Positions 47,041 through 59,972 of a DNA stretch of 64,000 nucleotides are shown piece after piece. Every line of letters begins with the position of its first letter. Position 1 is the first letter of the stretch. The notes under the pieces are model-generated. The model made no database searches. It was not told the DNA's origin and was given only the letters and a program-made list of their open reading frames with translations. The stretch is from the human T2T-CHM13v2.0 reference genome, Homo sapiens. The stretch is taken from the NCBI RefSeq assembly GCF_009914755.1, contig NC_060932.1, one strand, 5' to 3'. Made by a program: the position numbers and the translations under genes.

Positions 47041-47849
47041 TCTTATCACAAAATCCTATAGAAATAACAGGATAAAAACATTTTTTAAAAGTTGTAGTTG
47101 CAGTAGACTACCAGGAGAGGTGTTTCTAGCAAAAGTGAACAAGGATGTCTTTCAAGAATAAATTGATGGGAAAGGATTGATAACAATGCCCAATTGTTTC
47201 AGATAAGAAATCTGAAGTGATAGGTGCCAGAGAAATATCCCAAGCAATATCCCAGGAGATATTCCAGAATATCCCAGGCAGAATTCCAAATAATCCCAGC
47301 ATCAAAAGCAACAGAAGCTGAATGATGGTGAACACCACAGGCTTTGAGATGGATTTTCACACAGCTGTCTTCTGGATCTCAGTCACCAGGCCACGAGGGC
47401 TGTACCATGCTCAACTTCATCCCTGGCAGAACGACACCACTGGACCTGCATCCACAGCAAGACACGATTGAACTCCTGGGTAGCTGCCACTTAGGTTTTC
47501 AAGCTAAAATCTCAGTGGCAAAAGGAATGGAATTAATATAAGAGCATAAAGAACAATATCTGGACCATGTGTGTGCTCAATAGGTGGCTGTTATTATGAT
47601 TAGTATTCATAAATTATGGCTTACTTAACTCTTTGATTTTCATGATTATAGCAAAGGTATTTCATTTCCCCCAGGCAAGAAAGATGTTATTTATGAAATT
47701 ATAAGTTAATAATTAACTATAAATCATAGTAAGTATGAAATCCATGCAATACCATTTTGACCTGCTATTTAAAAAAAAAAAAAACTTAGTAATCTGTGGT
47801 TATGACTATAGACTGGTGAAGAATAAAACCGCTCAGCACATTTGTCTAA

Positions 47850-48425
47850 ATCCAGTCCTCCTCCTGGGTCCTCTGTATCCATGGTTGGCATTCCCATCCA
47901 TCCAGTCACCAAGCTAGAAGTCTTGGAGGCATCCTGTACCCTCTCCATCTCTCCCATACCCTCTCAATAAGTCATCAAGTCTTCCCTCTCTTCCCTCTTG
48001 CCAGCCAACTGTGCCTGCCATGTCCACTTTTCACCTAGACCACTGAGCTCATCACTTGGCATTGTAGATTCTAAAAGATCCATCATGATTTGCCCTGTTC
48101 CCCACCTTTCCAGGCTCATCCCTCACCACTCCTTGCCTCGCATGTGATGTTTCAGAAACACCAAAATATTTTCAATTCCTCCCACACACACTTGTTTTCA
48201 CAAGTTACCCCGTCTGCCTAGAATCTCCAGTAGAAGCTGAATCTGCTGTTTCAAGTCTATAGTTAAACATTAAACTCAAAAACCACTATCTCCAAAATGC
48301 TTTCTCTGACTCTCAAAGGTAGATGGAATCCCTCTTCTCTGATTACTCAGCCCCCAGGCATGCTTCATCATTGCATTTATCATTGTCTAGTGCAATGTTC
48401 TCCTCAGGGGAAGTTCCAGAGTAAG
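47850..48425 (+). mobile_element. L2 fragment
   Basis: CCATCCATCCAGTCACCAAGCTAGAA...CATCC L2 motif and pyrimidine-rich body. Confidence 0.6.
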
Positions 48426-48430
48426 ATGAT

Positions 48431-49261
48431 TGTGAGTGGAAAAACCAACTCAAACTATGTTTTTCTCTGCTCCCACACCACAACAGCAATCAACACAGAA
48501 GACTTCTGTGTCCAAATATGTGGAGGATTTTCCCCCACAACAAGCAAGCAGTCAGTTCTGCAGTGGACACCAGCTGGGTGTCCTCTAATTTAATTCAATT
48601 CGGACACTATTTCCCTAGAGATAGGGTCAGATCCCACAGGTTGAGAACTTAGTCCCACAAGACCAGCCCCCACCCCCATGAGTTGCAGGTCTGGGCCTCC
48701 AAAACTTCCAACTAACTGGCTTCATGTTGGGGTTCCCATTGTCCCCTCTTTGGGTTCTATTAGTTTGCTAGAGTGGCTTACAGAACTCAGGGAAACACAT
48801 TTACCCTTATTATGAAGGATACTAAAAGGAGACAGATGAAGAGATGCACAGGGTGAGGTATGGGAAAAAGGACACAAAGCTTCCATGCCCTCCTTTGCAC
48901 TCCACCCTCCAGGGACCTCCATGTTTTCAGTTGTCTGGAAGCTCCTGAACCCAGTCCTTTTGGGTTTTTATGAAGGCTTCATTATGTAGGCATGATTGAT
49001 TAAACCATTGGTCATTGGTGATCAACTTAATCATCAGTCCCTCTCTCCTCTACAGAAGGTGGGGAGAGGGGCTGAAAGTCTCAACCCTCTAATCATGCCT
49101 TGGTCTTTCAGGTGACCAGCCTCTATCCAGAAGCTGCTTAGGAGCTTTTAGCCATCAGTCAACCTTTAGTATACAAAAAGACATCACTTTGGAGATTCTA
49201 AGCATTTAAAGAATGCCAAGAAACGGAGTTGAAAAACAAATAAATTCATCACAATGTTGCA
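48431..49261 (-). mobile_element. MER21-family solo LTR
   Basis: GTGGACACCAGCTGGGTGTCC..AATTCAATTC.GACACTAT..CAGATCCCACAGG; TG...CA ends; perfect TSD ATGAT. Confidence 0.88.
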
Positions 49262-49266
49262 ATGAT

Positions 49267-49450
49267 CCAAGTTCAAATCTGACTCTGTCACTTACTAGCT
49301 ATGTGATTTTGAGCAAGCCCTTTAGTGTCACAGTTTCCTAATCTGAAAAAATGGGGTAATAAATGATGAACAAAATGACACATATAAAGAACTCAGCATA
49401 GCACCTGGCAAATTATAAACCTTAATAAATCAAAGGTCTCGTTATTGTGA
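49267..49450 (+). mobile_element. MIR SINE
   Basis: GTTCAAATCTGACTCTGTCACTTACTAGCTATGTGA..CAGTTTCC core. Confidence 0.75.
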
Positions 49451-50216
49451 GTGTCTTCCATTGGTAGACTTATTTCAGTTTGCATACCAAGCATCTGTTC
49501 CTGACACAGAAAAGCTCATCAAATGCATATTGATTCAATTAATACATGAACAAATGAAGGGATGGATGGATGGATGGATGGAAGTACCAGTCACTATTTC
49601 GCTGACAACAATGCAGAACCCGAGGTGGCATCCAGAGGATTAAAGGTGATTTGCTTGTTTCTCAGGCACACTACATTCATCTTCCCATACCTACCCAAGC
49701 CACCTTCATACCTGTCTGATCCCCAGGCTGCAGGTGGGCCCCACAACCTCGCTACATTCTGCACCACCTCACACAGCACTCAGCTATGTTCGCGTGCAGT
49801 TTTCTGAATGTAAGAAATTTCTCAGAGAAATAATCCTAGGGTTTTGTTTTTCTTTTCTTTCTGGAACAAAGAACACGAAACACAGATAATAGAGTTGGGG
49901 GAGGGAGAAACCATCTCTTTTCTCAGAGTTGAAAAGGGCAAGTGACTATAAAATAAGAACATTCAACCCCCAGCTGAGAGATAAAAATAGAGAGAGGGCC
50001 ATTAGGCCCAGAGTTTTCACCTGTGTCCCTCTCTGGCTGCTCATGGACATGGACAGGAGGGAGCCCAGAGGGAACCGAATGGCTCTTGTCCCTGCACAGA
50101 AGGGCCCTTCTGATGCTGGCCTGGCTCTTTTTTACCCTCCTGACAGTGGCTCTACAATGTAAAGGAAGGACACCCACCCACACTCTGTTAGCATCAGGAA
50201 TTTATACAATCATTCC

Positions 50217-50247
<31 letters not shown>

Positions 50248-51460
50248 GGAAACAATCCCAAGAATGTTCCTACCACTCTACATTCTTAGCAAACACATTT
50301 TTAAGAAAATAAACCAAATCCTGCTATGTACCCAATTTGTGTTTTTCTTTAGCAGTCAGCAGCCTGGCCCATTTTATATAAGGCATCAGACTCCCTGCCC
50401 CAGTATAATGTCTTGGGTTCTCTTGGGGAGGTCTAAGTGTAACATAAAATATTGTCCCTAAAAATATATACACACTATGCTACGAAGATGGACAGATGTT
50501 TCCTAGTGGTTAATGAGTACCATTTCTCTCCAGTTTCCCTGACAGGCTGAAACTAAAAACAAACACACATTTATACATACACAAGGCCCATCTCAATAAA
50601 AGAATGTAACTGTCGGCCCAAACATTTTCAAGATGGTCAGAAAACAGACTTTTTTCCTCTTTTTATTGTCCTTTTACTTAGAGAACATTCAAATTCTTCC
50701 TTTAAAGCACTGAACACCATTATTAAAATTTCAGACTACTGTAGAATATATATACACACACACACATATACATGTATGTATACACGTGTGTGTATAAATA
50801 TGTGTCTGTGTACATGCACACACTCACAGGTTCCTAGGAAAAAATCAGCTGTTTAACTTTAAACAAGAAGTGAATCTCAGGAAAAAGGGAAAGCTGGAGC
50901 ACTTTGATCCTGTCTTACAGCCCCATGCTTGTTATGGGGCTTCAGAGAATCACAGAGTGTTGGAGCTAGAAGTCGCTTCAAGGTCAAATTCTTCCCTTCA
51001 CCACTGAGAAAACCAGGGCCCAGCAAAGTGAAGTGACTTCCAAAGTCACAAAGCCAGATGGTAGAAAAGCTGTAAAACGCAGTTCTATATTCTGATAGGA
51101 CAACTCCTGGGAGACATGGGCTTAGGAAATACTGGATAATGGTGGGTAGCGACACCAGTCAGCACCTGACCTGGGAGGAAGCTTCTCAAACCCTCAGAAC
51201 AGAATATTTCAAAGTCTGTAATCTTTGGACCTGGCCATGACAGCAAGTAATACCAGCAGTGATGCTAGCAGCTAGATCAATAATCAAGACATGCATGGCG
51301 GGGCTGTTCACGCAGAGCTTTGCAAACCTGGGAGTGGTAATTCTGCCTCATGAGTGCAGTTATGAAGGGCATGCATTGCCATGGCTTTCTTCTATTCTTA
51401 TCATCTTCTTTCATTCTTCCTTTTGTTACCATTTTTCTTCTTTCTTCTCTCCTTGCTTAC

Positions 51461-51975
51461 CCTACCATGTACCCAAACTGCTCCTTTACAGTCCCTGTCT
51501 GCACGTGGTCAGTCACAGTCCAGTGACTTCAGGGATTCTAGCAGCTAAATCATACCAACAGTTCCGTGATAGGATTCATCATACAATGGCCTGATGTGCA
51601 AAAACAATCTCTTGAGTCCCAAAAGCAGGCTGGGGGCAGGGAGAGAGCAGAACATATTGTTCTGTTAATCAGCAATAATTTTTGAGAATCCACTGTAACA
51701 GGGTGTTTTCATCAACTGTAGAAAACTGTGAGCAAGTGGCAAGAGGCCACAGCAGGCACTTAGCTGACACTTGCTCCTAGAATCCCTCTCTGCAGCTCAG
51801 GGAGAGTGCTGCTGTGGTGGAGAGGGGAGGAGGCGGGAAAGGGGAGAGGAGAGGGGAGAAGAGGGAGGAGAAAAGGGAGGAGAGGAGGTCAGCATTCAGC
51901 TAGGAGCCACCGTGCCCATGCCAATGACTGAGGGCTTTATATGACCCAAGGTCAATCTGAGGGGAGGCGGGAGGA
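51461..51975 (-). promoter_or_regulatory. Candidate TATA promoter and ~450-nt first exon
   Basis: Minus-strand CATATAAAG (51935-51943), CCAAGGTCA (51946-51954), GC box (~51961-51974), pyrimidine-rich leader, donor TAGG|gtaagc at 51460. Confidence 0.6.
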
Positions 51976-52224
51976 AAACAGCACAATGACTCCTTCCATC
52001 CCAGAAAATACCCATGAGGTCAACAAAACCATTCAGATATTTCTGGTGTTTAAAGAATTTCAGTAGTAAAATTTCAATTTTTTCTGTTCTTTCACGGGAA
52101 CTTTAAAAGTGGATCAAACATGTCACAATTTTTAGAAAGCTCAATGCTGTCACTAGATTTAAAGTTTCAAAGATAAAAAGGATGCCTCTCAAAACCAGTT
52201 GCATTTGTGAGTATATGTATTTTT

Positions 52225-52345
52225 AGTTTTATTATTTTTTAACTGATAAATAATAATTGTACATATTTATAGGGCTCACTGTGATGTTTGGTTACTTATA
52301 TACATTGTGGAATGATCAAATCAGACTAACATTATATTATCACTG
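52225..52345 (-). mobile_element. L1MA 3'-end fragment
   Basis: AATAATTGTACATATTTAT.GGG...TACATTGTGGAATGAT.AAATCA. Confidence 0.7.
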
Positions 52346-53944
52346 TTCAAATTATGGCAAATGGAATTAGAAATCAATTATAGTGGCTAAGCATTTTGTA
52401 AAATAAAGATATTTTTTGTTCACCAACCTACTCTCCTAATGTTATTTACATCACTAGAAAACACCAGAAGTTTTGAAAAATTTTGATCCACATTCCATCA
52501 GATTGCAAGGAATTCATTGCAACAATAAATTAATTATACCCAAACCAAAAACTGTGTCTTTTTCCTTTTGCTGGTGGTGGGGGAGGGGGGGCAACTGAGT
52601 TCTTTTTATTCTCTATTAAGTAAATTTTTTAAGTGAGTTTTTAAAACCTATTAATGTAAAGTGACACGTTTCAATGCTAAGAGGTGCTCACTATACTAAC
52701 AGCAGACCCACATTACACAGATGGAGTTGCCTTCCTTCTTCGCCTCATAAACGTTAAGAGTGGCACACATAGCTTTTTCACTGTAGATGAACACTTGGTA
52801 CACACAATAATTGAGACCTTTAACTTGTGTGTTTCCCTAGGCTTGGTGTGACTGAGTCTGTAGCCTCCTTGTGACAAGGGTAGGGATTTTTCATTGAATA
52901 CATATATCCCCATAATTGTGGAACATACTCAGTGGTTGTCTCAATCAGCACATGGTTGGTTGTTAGTTTTGTGTTTCTTCTTTTTTCTTTTTTGTTTTAA
53001 TTTCAAGAAAAACTAATGAGTTTCCAGAAGCAGTGTGAGTGCTTTGGGGCTGAATGTGATTTAAAACCGGCAGTAAAAGAAAAAGAAGACAGGGAAGGTA
53101 GCTGGTTAATTGACCTTTATTGTGCCTTCTGGTTCATTTAGAAATGGAAATTAAATTAACATGATAATTCAGTCCTACTGTGTTAAGGCTGCTATAAACC
53201 CATTAAATTTTATGGCCATTGATTTAGCATTTTTTTCTATTAACTGGGTTTAATTTTCAAAATTGTCATGCAGGTTCTGAAAAGTGGTTCATTCACTCTG
53301 GTTCCTCCAACTTACTAATGTGTAGTCTTTTCCTTTTTTAATAGTATTCACTTAACTATTCAAGCGCAGAGGGCCCAACTGCCCTCAAAAGCCTGGATTA
53401 ATTTTGAAACTAACCCCATTGAAAGTCTTTATAAGCAGCAAGGAGAGTTCAGGGATGGGAGAAGTCAGTGAAATTTCCTGGTACCATATCAATTTCTTAA
53501 AGATCAGATGCCCGAAAACCCTGACAAAAGGAAATATTTTGGATTTCCTTTTTGGGAGATCAAGGGAACCATGAAAAGAGTTTGTGTTGGTACTTCTATT
53601 TCTTAAAGTATCTCAATAACATAAACGTATTTTAAAATGCAACCATTCCTTGTATTTCAGATCCCCAAACATCTTTTTTTTAAATCTACTAATTTGAAAT
53701 TATAACCAATCAAAACTTTCTAATTTTGAACTATTAAAAGACATCCATTTTTACTTGAAGCTAAAAGCAATTTTCTAGATTCTTTCTTTAGCAGACATAG
53801 GCTTGTGTACCTTCTAATGTGGCAGTGAGTAGCCTTTTAGTTTAATAACTCAAGACACTGAAGTTTTATTGTGAAACTTATTGACAGATGAGGTCTCAGA
53901 GAATTACCAAAAGATTCTGTTATTTAACTTTGAAGTATTCATGA

Positions 53945-54551
53945 AAAGTAGAAATTTAGTTTATAGTTTAACTTCGAAACAAAAATGCTAACAACCCTTT
54001 CCTGAAACAAGCCCTCTTCTTGCCTGGGGACCAGATTGCCTTTGTAGGACTGACAAATTATAAATAGCCCAGATTCAAAATTATGGTTTAGGAGTCATTC
54101 AGCTAGAGGCCACAAGATTCTAAACCTCCCCAGTTGCTCCTAGGGATAACTTCACTATTATAAAACCTGAGATCCGTTCTTGAGATATTTTTTAGACCCC
54201 GCACTCAATGGATCAGCTGGTGCCACCCAGATCAATACATTGGTTCATCTGATCTTGTGGCCCCCACCCAGGAACTGACTCAGCACAAGAGGACAGCTTC
54301 ATCTTCCTATGATTTTATCTTTGACCCAACCAATCAATACTCCCCACCACCTGGCCACCTACCCACCAAATTATCCTTAAAATCCACAATCCCCATATTT
54401 TCACAGGGACTGATTTGAGTAATAATAAAACTCCAGTCTCCTATACAGCCAGCTCTGCATGAATTAAACTCTTTCTCGATTGCAATTCCTCTGTCTTGAT
54501 AAATCAGCTCTGTCTGGGCAGTGGGCAAGGAGAACCCACTGGGCAGTTACA
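53945..54551 (+). mobile_element. LTR8/LTR8A ERV1 solo LTR (5' truncated)
   Basis: GATCTTGTGGCCCCCACCCAGGAACTGACTCAGC, CTGTCTTGATAAATCAGCTCTGTCT, ends GGGCAGTTACA. Confidence 0.85.
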
Positions 54552-55904
54552 GTGGGAGGAATCATATCTGGAGTTTCTTGTGTAGTTCCTAGTATTTAAT
54601 AGAGTATCTTGCTAAAGTAGAAGGTATTCAATATATAAAAATAATGATCACCAACACTTAATTATACAACATTGACTATCCATCCAGCACTATTCTAAGG
54701 ATCGCATCTACATTAACTCATATAACCCTCACATAAGGTACAATTACCCTCTCCACCTTACAGATGAAGAAACAGAGGTACAGAGGAGTTAAGTAACTTA
54801 TGCAGGGGTTTGAACCCATGCCACCTGTCTATGCCACCTATGTTGAATAATTGCAATACATTTATGTCTGTCAAGTTTTGTATTTTCAGCCCAGCATTAT
54901 TCACTCCCATTCACTAGGCCAAGTAACTTAGATCATTTTTAACTTGCCCCCTTCTGGCACACCTCACTCCCCCACACCCAGCCCATCTTGGATTCTAGAA
55001 TCCTGATTCTTTTTCATTTCCTGGTGATGGAATCTAATGATGTCCCCTTGAAGATAATTTATAAAATTCTCAATTATGTTAATGTTTCAAAACTTGAAGA
55101 CTCTGAACTCTGTTGGTGACGGCCAGAGCGGGGGCCGGGGGGAGGATGAGAGAGTGAGTTTGAAGGGGAGAGGGCACTCCAGCATCTTCTGCCTCTTGTT
55201 TTTATGGGTTTGACTTTATAAAATTTGCTAGAGCAGCCTTTGGTTTCTTTATCAAGCACTGTGCCTGCAATGGGGGTGTCGCCAAGATGGAACTGATTAA
55301 TCCTTTCCCTCTTTCCCTGCTGTTGCTCCAGCTTACCTCTATCCTAACACTTTATTTCTTGCCTGTTGGTCTCCTTCCAAAACTTGGAAGCTAGAGGTAG
55401 TGATAAGGACTGTGGCTGATGCAAAACTGTATCCTCAAGGCCTCGAATCATGTCTGATTCATTAGTGCTCAACAAATGATTGATGATTGAGTGAGTTCAC
55501 AAGTGACTGAAAATAGACCAGCCCCTCACCAAGAAGCATAAATGAGAGTATACAGTATGTTCTAGTCATATTTTTTCCAGCGTTACACAATTAGATTATA
55601 AGCGTCTCAAAACAGGGTCCAGAAAGAAAGCCTTGTCTATATATCCTACAGCATCTGAGTGTCATCCATGTAGTCTGCAAGGAAAGAGCAAAGTAGACGT
55701 TCCAAAAGCTGAGTCAAGCTGAACACATTTGTTCTTACATCATAATCACCGAATCAAGGAGAAAATGCAATAAAAGCATAACCGAGAACTAGAACCAAAT
55801 TTGGAAGACAGGAGACAACAAAATGTGCATCAAGCTAGAGGACAAGGCAAAGGCATGAATAAATGATACAGGGAAAGGTCGGTAACAAAGGACATTAAAA
55901 GGAA

Positions 55905-57385
55905 GTAGTGAAATGAGTTAGTAACCATACATTTATTTCCCAGTTCTGTCTGCTGAGAGGGCCTAGAGGTAATGATACCCCAGTATCGACAGGGCACAAC
56001 CAGCACCCAGGTCTTGGTCTTTACCACTCTCTAACAAAATGAACCAGTGCTCTTTGAGGAAATAGATGATTCTATGACTGGGACAGAGAATACACAAGAT
56101 GAGAATGGACCACCTTGTAGAGCCAGAAAGTAAGGAGGTATTCAAAAACCAAAAGTCTGAGAGCATGGCAAAGGGACAGAGGGGCCCAGTGAAAGAGCTC
56201 ACAATTGCTAAAGCTTGGACAATGTGAGCAACAAAATAAATAATGCAGTGCTGAATTATAGCCCAAAGAATAAAATAAATATCCATGGGTCTATACTGAC
56301 ATGAACAAGTGATTGAATAGATAAATCAATAAATGGGGAAGAGACAAATCTCCCACATGGCAGAATTCCAAACAATTCTAAATAATTGAGGTAGATCCTC
56401 CTCCTCTCAAGAAAGTGAAGCTTAGCTCCCCACCTCTTGTGTGAGCTGTGCTTAGTGACTTGCTTCAAAGAGTAGAATATGGGAAAAGGGAGAAAAAAGG
56501 ACTTGACAGCAGGGAGACCTGGCAAACACTACTTTATCCCAGGGTTCAAGGTCAACATCAACAGGGATAAGTAATGTTGATAGTATGTGTGCTTAGCATG
56601 AGGTGATGAGAAGACACCTTACCACTGAGGGCTTCTTCCCCAAAACTAATAACCCAGTCTCATCATGAGAAAAACATCAGACAAACCCAAATTGAGGGAC
56701 ATTTTACAAAATAGTTGGCCAGAACTTCTAAAAACGATCAAGGTTATCAAAACTAAGGAAAGCCCGAGAAATGTCAGACAGGAGGGGACAAACAAGACAT
56801 GGCAAATAAATTTAACAGGATAATTTGAATGGGATCCTAGAATAGAAAAAAAGATATTAGGGAAAAATTAGTGAAAGCTCAGGAAACCGCGGAGATTAAT
56901 TAGTTAACTAATTAACCCATGTTGGTTCCTTCGTTGTGACAAATGTACCACAGTAATGTAAGACGTTAACAATAGGGAAAACTGGATTATGTGGTATAGG
57001 TAAAGCCTTTTTTCTCTCTTTTTCTTTGACACAAGGTCTCACTCTGTTGCCCAGGCTGGAGTGCAATGATGCAAACACAGCTCACTGAAGCCTCAACCTC
57101 TTGAGCTCAAGTAATCCTCCCGCCTCAGCTTCCAAATAGCTAGGACAACAAGTGTGCACCACCACACCTGGATAATTTTTATTTTTTATTTTTTGGAGAG
57201 ATGGGGTTTCACCATGTTTCCCAGGCTGACCTCAAACTCCTGGGCTCAAGCAATCCTCCCACCTCAGCCTCCCAAAGTGCTGAGATTTCAGCTGTGAGCA
57301 AGAACTCTTTACACTATCCATGCAATTTGTCTACAAATCTAAAACTATTCCAAAATTTAAAAGATTTTTTTGAAAAACAATAAAT
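55905..57385 (+). mobile_element. Old L1M (L1MC/MD-like) 3' region
   Basis: TCTGCTGAGAGGGCCTAGA, CATCATGAGAAAAACATCAGACAAACCCAAATTGAGGGACATT, AAATCTAAAACTATTCCAAAAT end. Confidence 0.8.
57008..57299 (-). mobile_element. AluJ nested in L1M
   Basis: CTCCTGGGCTCAAGCAATCCTCCC AluJ diagnostics. Confidence 0.9.
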
Positions 57386-57699
57386 AAAAAGAAGGAGTAA
57401 GGAGCAAAATATAGACAGAGAATTATGCACCTAGTTCAGCATCTAAGTAACTGAAAATTGAGCATCCGCCCAACATTTCTTTATGTCAGTCTTGGTGCAT
57501 CTCAGTGGGCCTAGAAAAAAGGCATGAAGAAGTTAAACTGGTCTGGACACATGGCAGGCTTTTAAAAATTTTATCATATTGCAAAATCAACAACAGTGTA
57601 TAGATACGGTTTATATTTTTGTCTTCCCATATCATTTTCTTTTGCAAACTGTCCCCAGGAACTACCCCCAAGGAAATTTTTAATTAAGGAAGCTTACTT

Positions 57700-58130
57700 T
57701 CCATTAGTGTTTGCATATGACCTGAACTGACCAATCAGAACACCCTATCACCCTAGGAACAGTTACTGGTCCAAGGGTGAATGTCATGTGGAGCCCAAGT
57801 AGAGCCAAGCATAGTCATTTTGAGTGGCTTCCTGTAGATATTCAGTATCCTTCTGAAATTGTGAGTTGTGCTGCACTATATAAGCCTAGAGCTACCAGGA
57901 CCATCCTTTATAGTAGAAAGAGTCCTTGCTGGATAAAATCACCCCAGAGGAAAAAGAAATTAGATCTGCAGAGAGACAGATTTCTGATGGCATCATCTGA
58001 GACTTGGATCCAATATGTCCATAGTTTGCACCCCTCCTTAGACTCTTAGTTACTTAAAGTGGTAAATTCCTGATTGTCCTAAAGTGAATTTGAGATGTTT
58101 TTGTTACAAGTTAAAAATTTTGACTAATAA
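57700..58130 (+). mobile_element. MLT1-family MaLR LTR
   Basis: TGACC...GACCAATCAGAA body and TTTGAG..TTTTTGTTAC...TGACTAATA end. Confidence 0.6.
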
Positions 58131-58174
58131 AAGCAGGTTGAGATTGAATATATAAATACTCAACTGATAAATCA

Positions 58175-58640
58175 CTTGTTCATTAATTTTAGTTATTTGC
58201 ATATTGAAATATTCAACATTAATAAGTACCTACTATTTGCCAAGTACTGTGGTAGGTCCTGGAAATACAAAGATGTAAGAATCAATATCTCCCTCAAGGA
58301 ACTTATAATCTACAAGGGAGACAGACAAGCAGCTGAGCAAAAACCACAATACAATGTGATAAAGACATGGATAAATGTGTTATTGAATGCAATGGACCTC
58401 ACAAGATGGGCATTCATTGCAGACTAGCGTGACGTCCTGACAAAGAGACCTCGGAACTGGGTTTAGAAGAACGAATTACGGTAGTTACCAAGCTCAGTCA
58501 GGGGTTGGGGAGAATGCTGGGATGGGACAAGGCTGATATCAAGCTGTAAAAGCAGCCCATGTGATACATAGGTGTGAGGAAGCCTGACTGCTTTGAGGAA
58601 CTGCAAGTAATTCAGCACTACTGATCTGCGGGGCAGAAGG
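58175..58640 (-). mobile_element. L2 3' fragment
   Basis: AAGTACCTACTAT.TGCCAAG.ACTGT...CCCTCAAGGAACTTATAATCTA. Confidence 0.65.
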
Positions 58641-59972
58641 AAGGAACTCCCAGCAGGTCAATTATTTCTATCAGTGTGGATAAATGATACACATCTTTTA
58701 ATGTTTGACATTCACACACACACATGCGCACGTGCACACACACACGCACACACCTACCTGCAGCTTACTGAGCCACATATGCTTTTCCAGATCTTGTCCT
58801 GACAGGTTCCCAGCTTAGAATCAAGCTGATTGCCTTGATCAGCAAGGAATCAGGACAGACATGGCAGACAGGGTTCCAGTTGTAGCAGATAAACTATTAA
58901 TGGATAACTTAGAGCTGATATTCATTCTTGCACATTTGATCAGTACACACTTCAAATTCTTAATAACAATTTTTGTAAAACTTTTCCCTTGATTCAGATA
59001 GGTATTCATCATTGTCTTTTCTCCCTTAGGCAATGCACCCTAGCCTAGCAAAAGTTCACTTACTACTTAAGGGGACAGAGAACATATTACCACTGATTCA
59101 TGAAATGCAATGAGAATTTACTAACAAGAAGTGTTGTGTCTGAGGACTAATTTAAAAAAAAAAAACTGTAGATCTGGTTCAACTGGTTCAATCCAAAAAA
59201 TGCCCATCAGTTTCTACCCTGTGAGAGCCCCTGTTCTAGAGACTCTGGGGTATGAGCTGAATTCCCCATGCAAAAACAAATTCGCTCAATCATGCCACGA
59301 AGGGTTCTTTATATATCAAAGTTGGCAGGAAATAGAGGACTAAAATTGTTTCAAACTGTTGTTGGCAGTAAGCTTCTGTCTGTGTTAATTACACTCTATG
59401 TTTGATGCTCATCATTCAGTCAACAGTTAACGCATTGTAGCCTTTCTGTGATTGACTAAATACCAAATTACTGTATGCAGCTTTTTGGATTTCTGAGTTT
59501 TTCAAATTTATATCACTCCCAGACTTGATGATCTAATAGTTTGGGGGCTTTTCCAGCCCTAAGTCCTTTGATAAACAACTAGTCAATGAAAATATTGGGT
59601 ACACTCATGAGGATGGCCCTAAAAGTTTAGAACCCTAAAGAAATACAGATATTTAAGGAAGTTCTTTTAACTTTAAATTTGAAAGGATAGGTGACTTATG
59701 AAAAAACAAATTTGCACCACATTTTAGTATAATCTACTTATACATGGTTACATAATGCATAGACATCCCAAAAAAATTTTAACAAAATTTAGGTAAGTGT
59801 ATGTACATATACGTGCGTGTGTGTAGGTATTTGGCATAAGGTAAGAAAGTTACTTAAAAATAATTCCAAGTAAAGACTATAATAAACAGAAATCAAATAA
59901 AAAACACATTTTGTGTTCTTAGTTTTACATTCAGTATGCAGTTCTCGAACTATATATTAAAATAGGTATTTT

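Noticed and set aside
47228-47300. Degenerate AATATCCCAG-like repeats, superficially array-like
   Set aside because: Irregular short low-complexity units with no unique spacers; not CRISPR, and the DNA is primate.
50745-50825. Quasi-palindromic alternating purine/pyrimidine stretch
   Set aside because: Ordinary (CA)/(TA)/(TG) microsatellite mosaic.
55120-55172. Short G-rich, CpG-containing patch
   Set aside because: Too short for a CpG island; no promoter or splice context.
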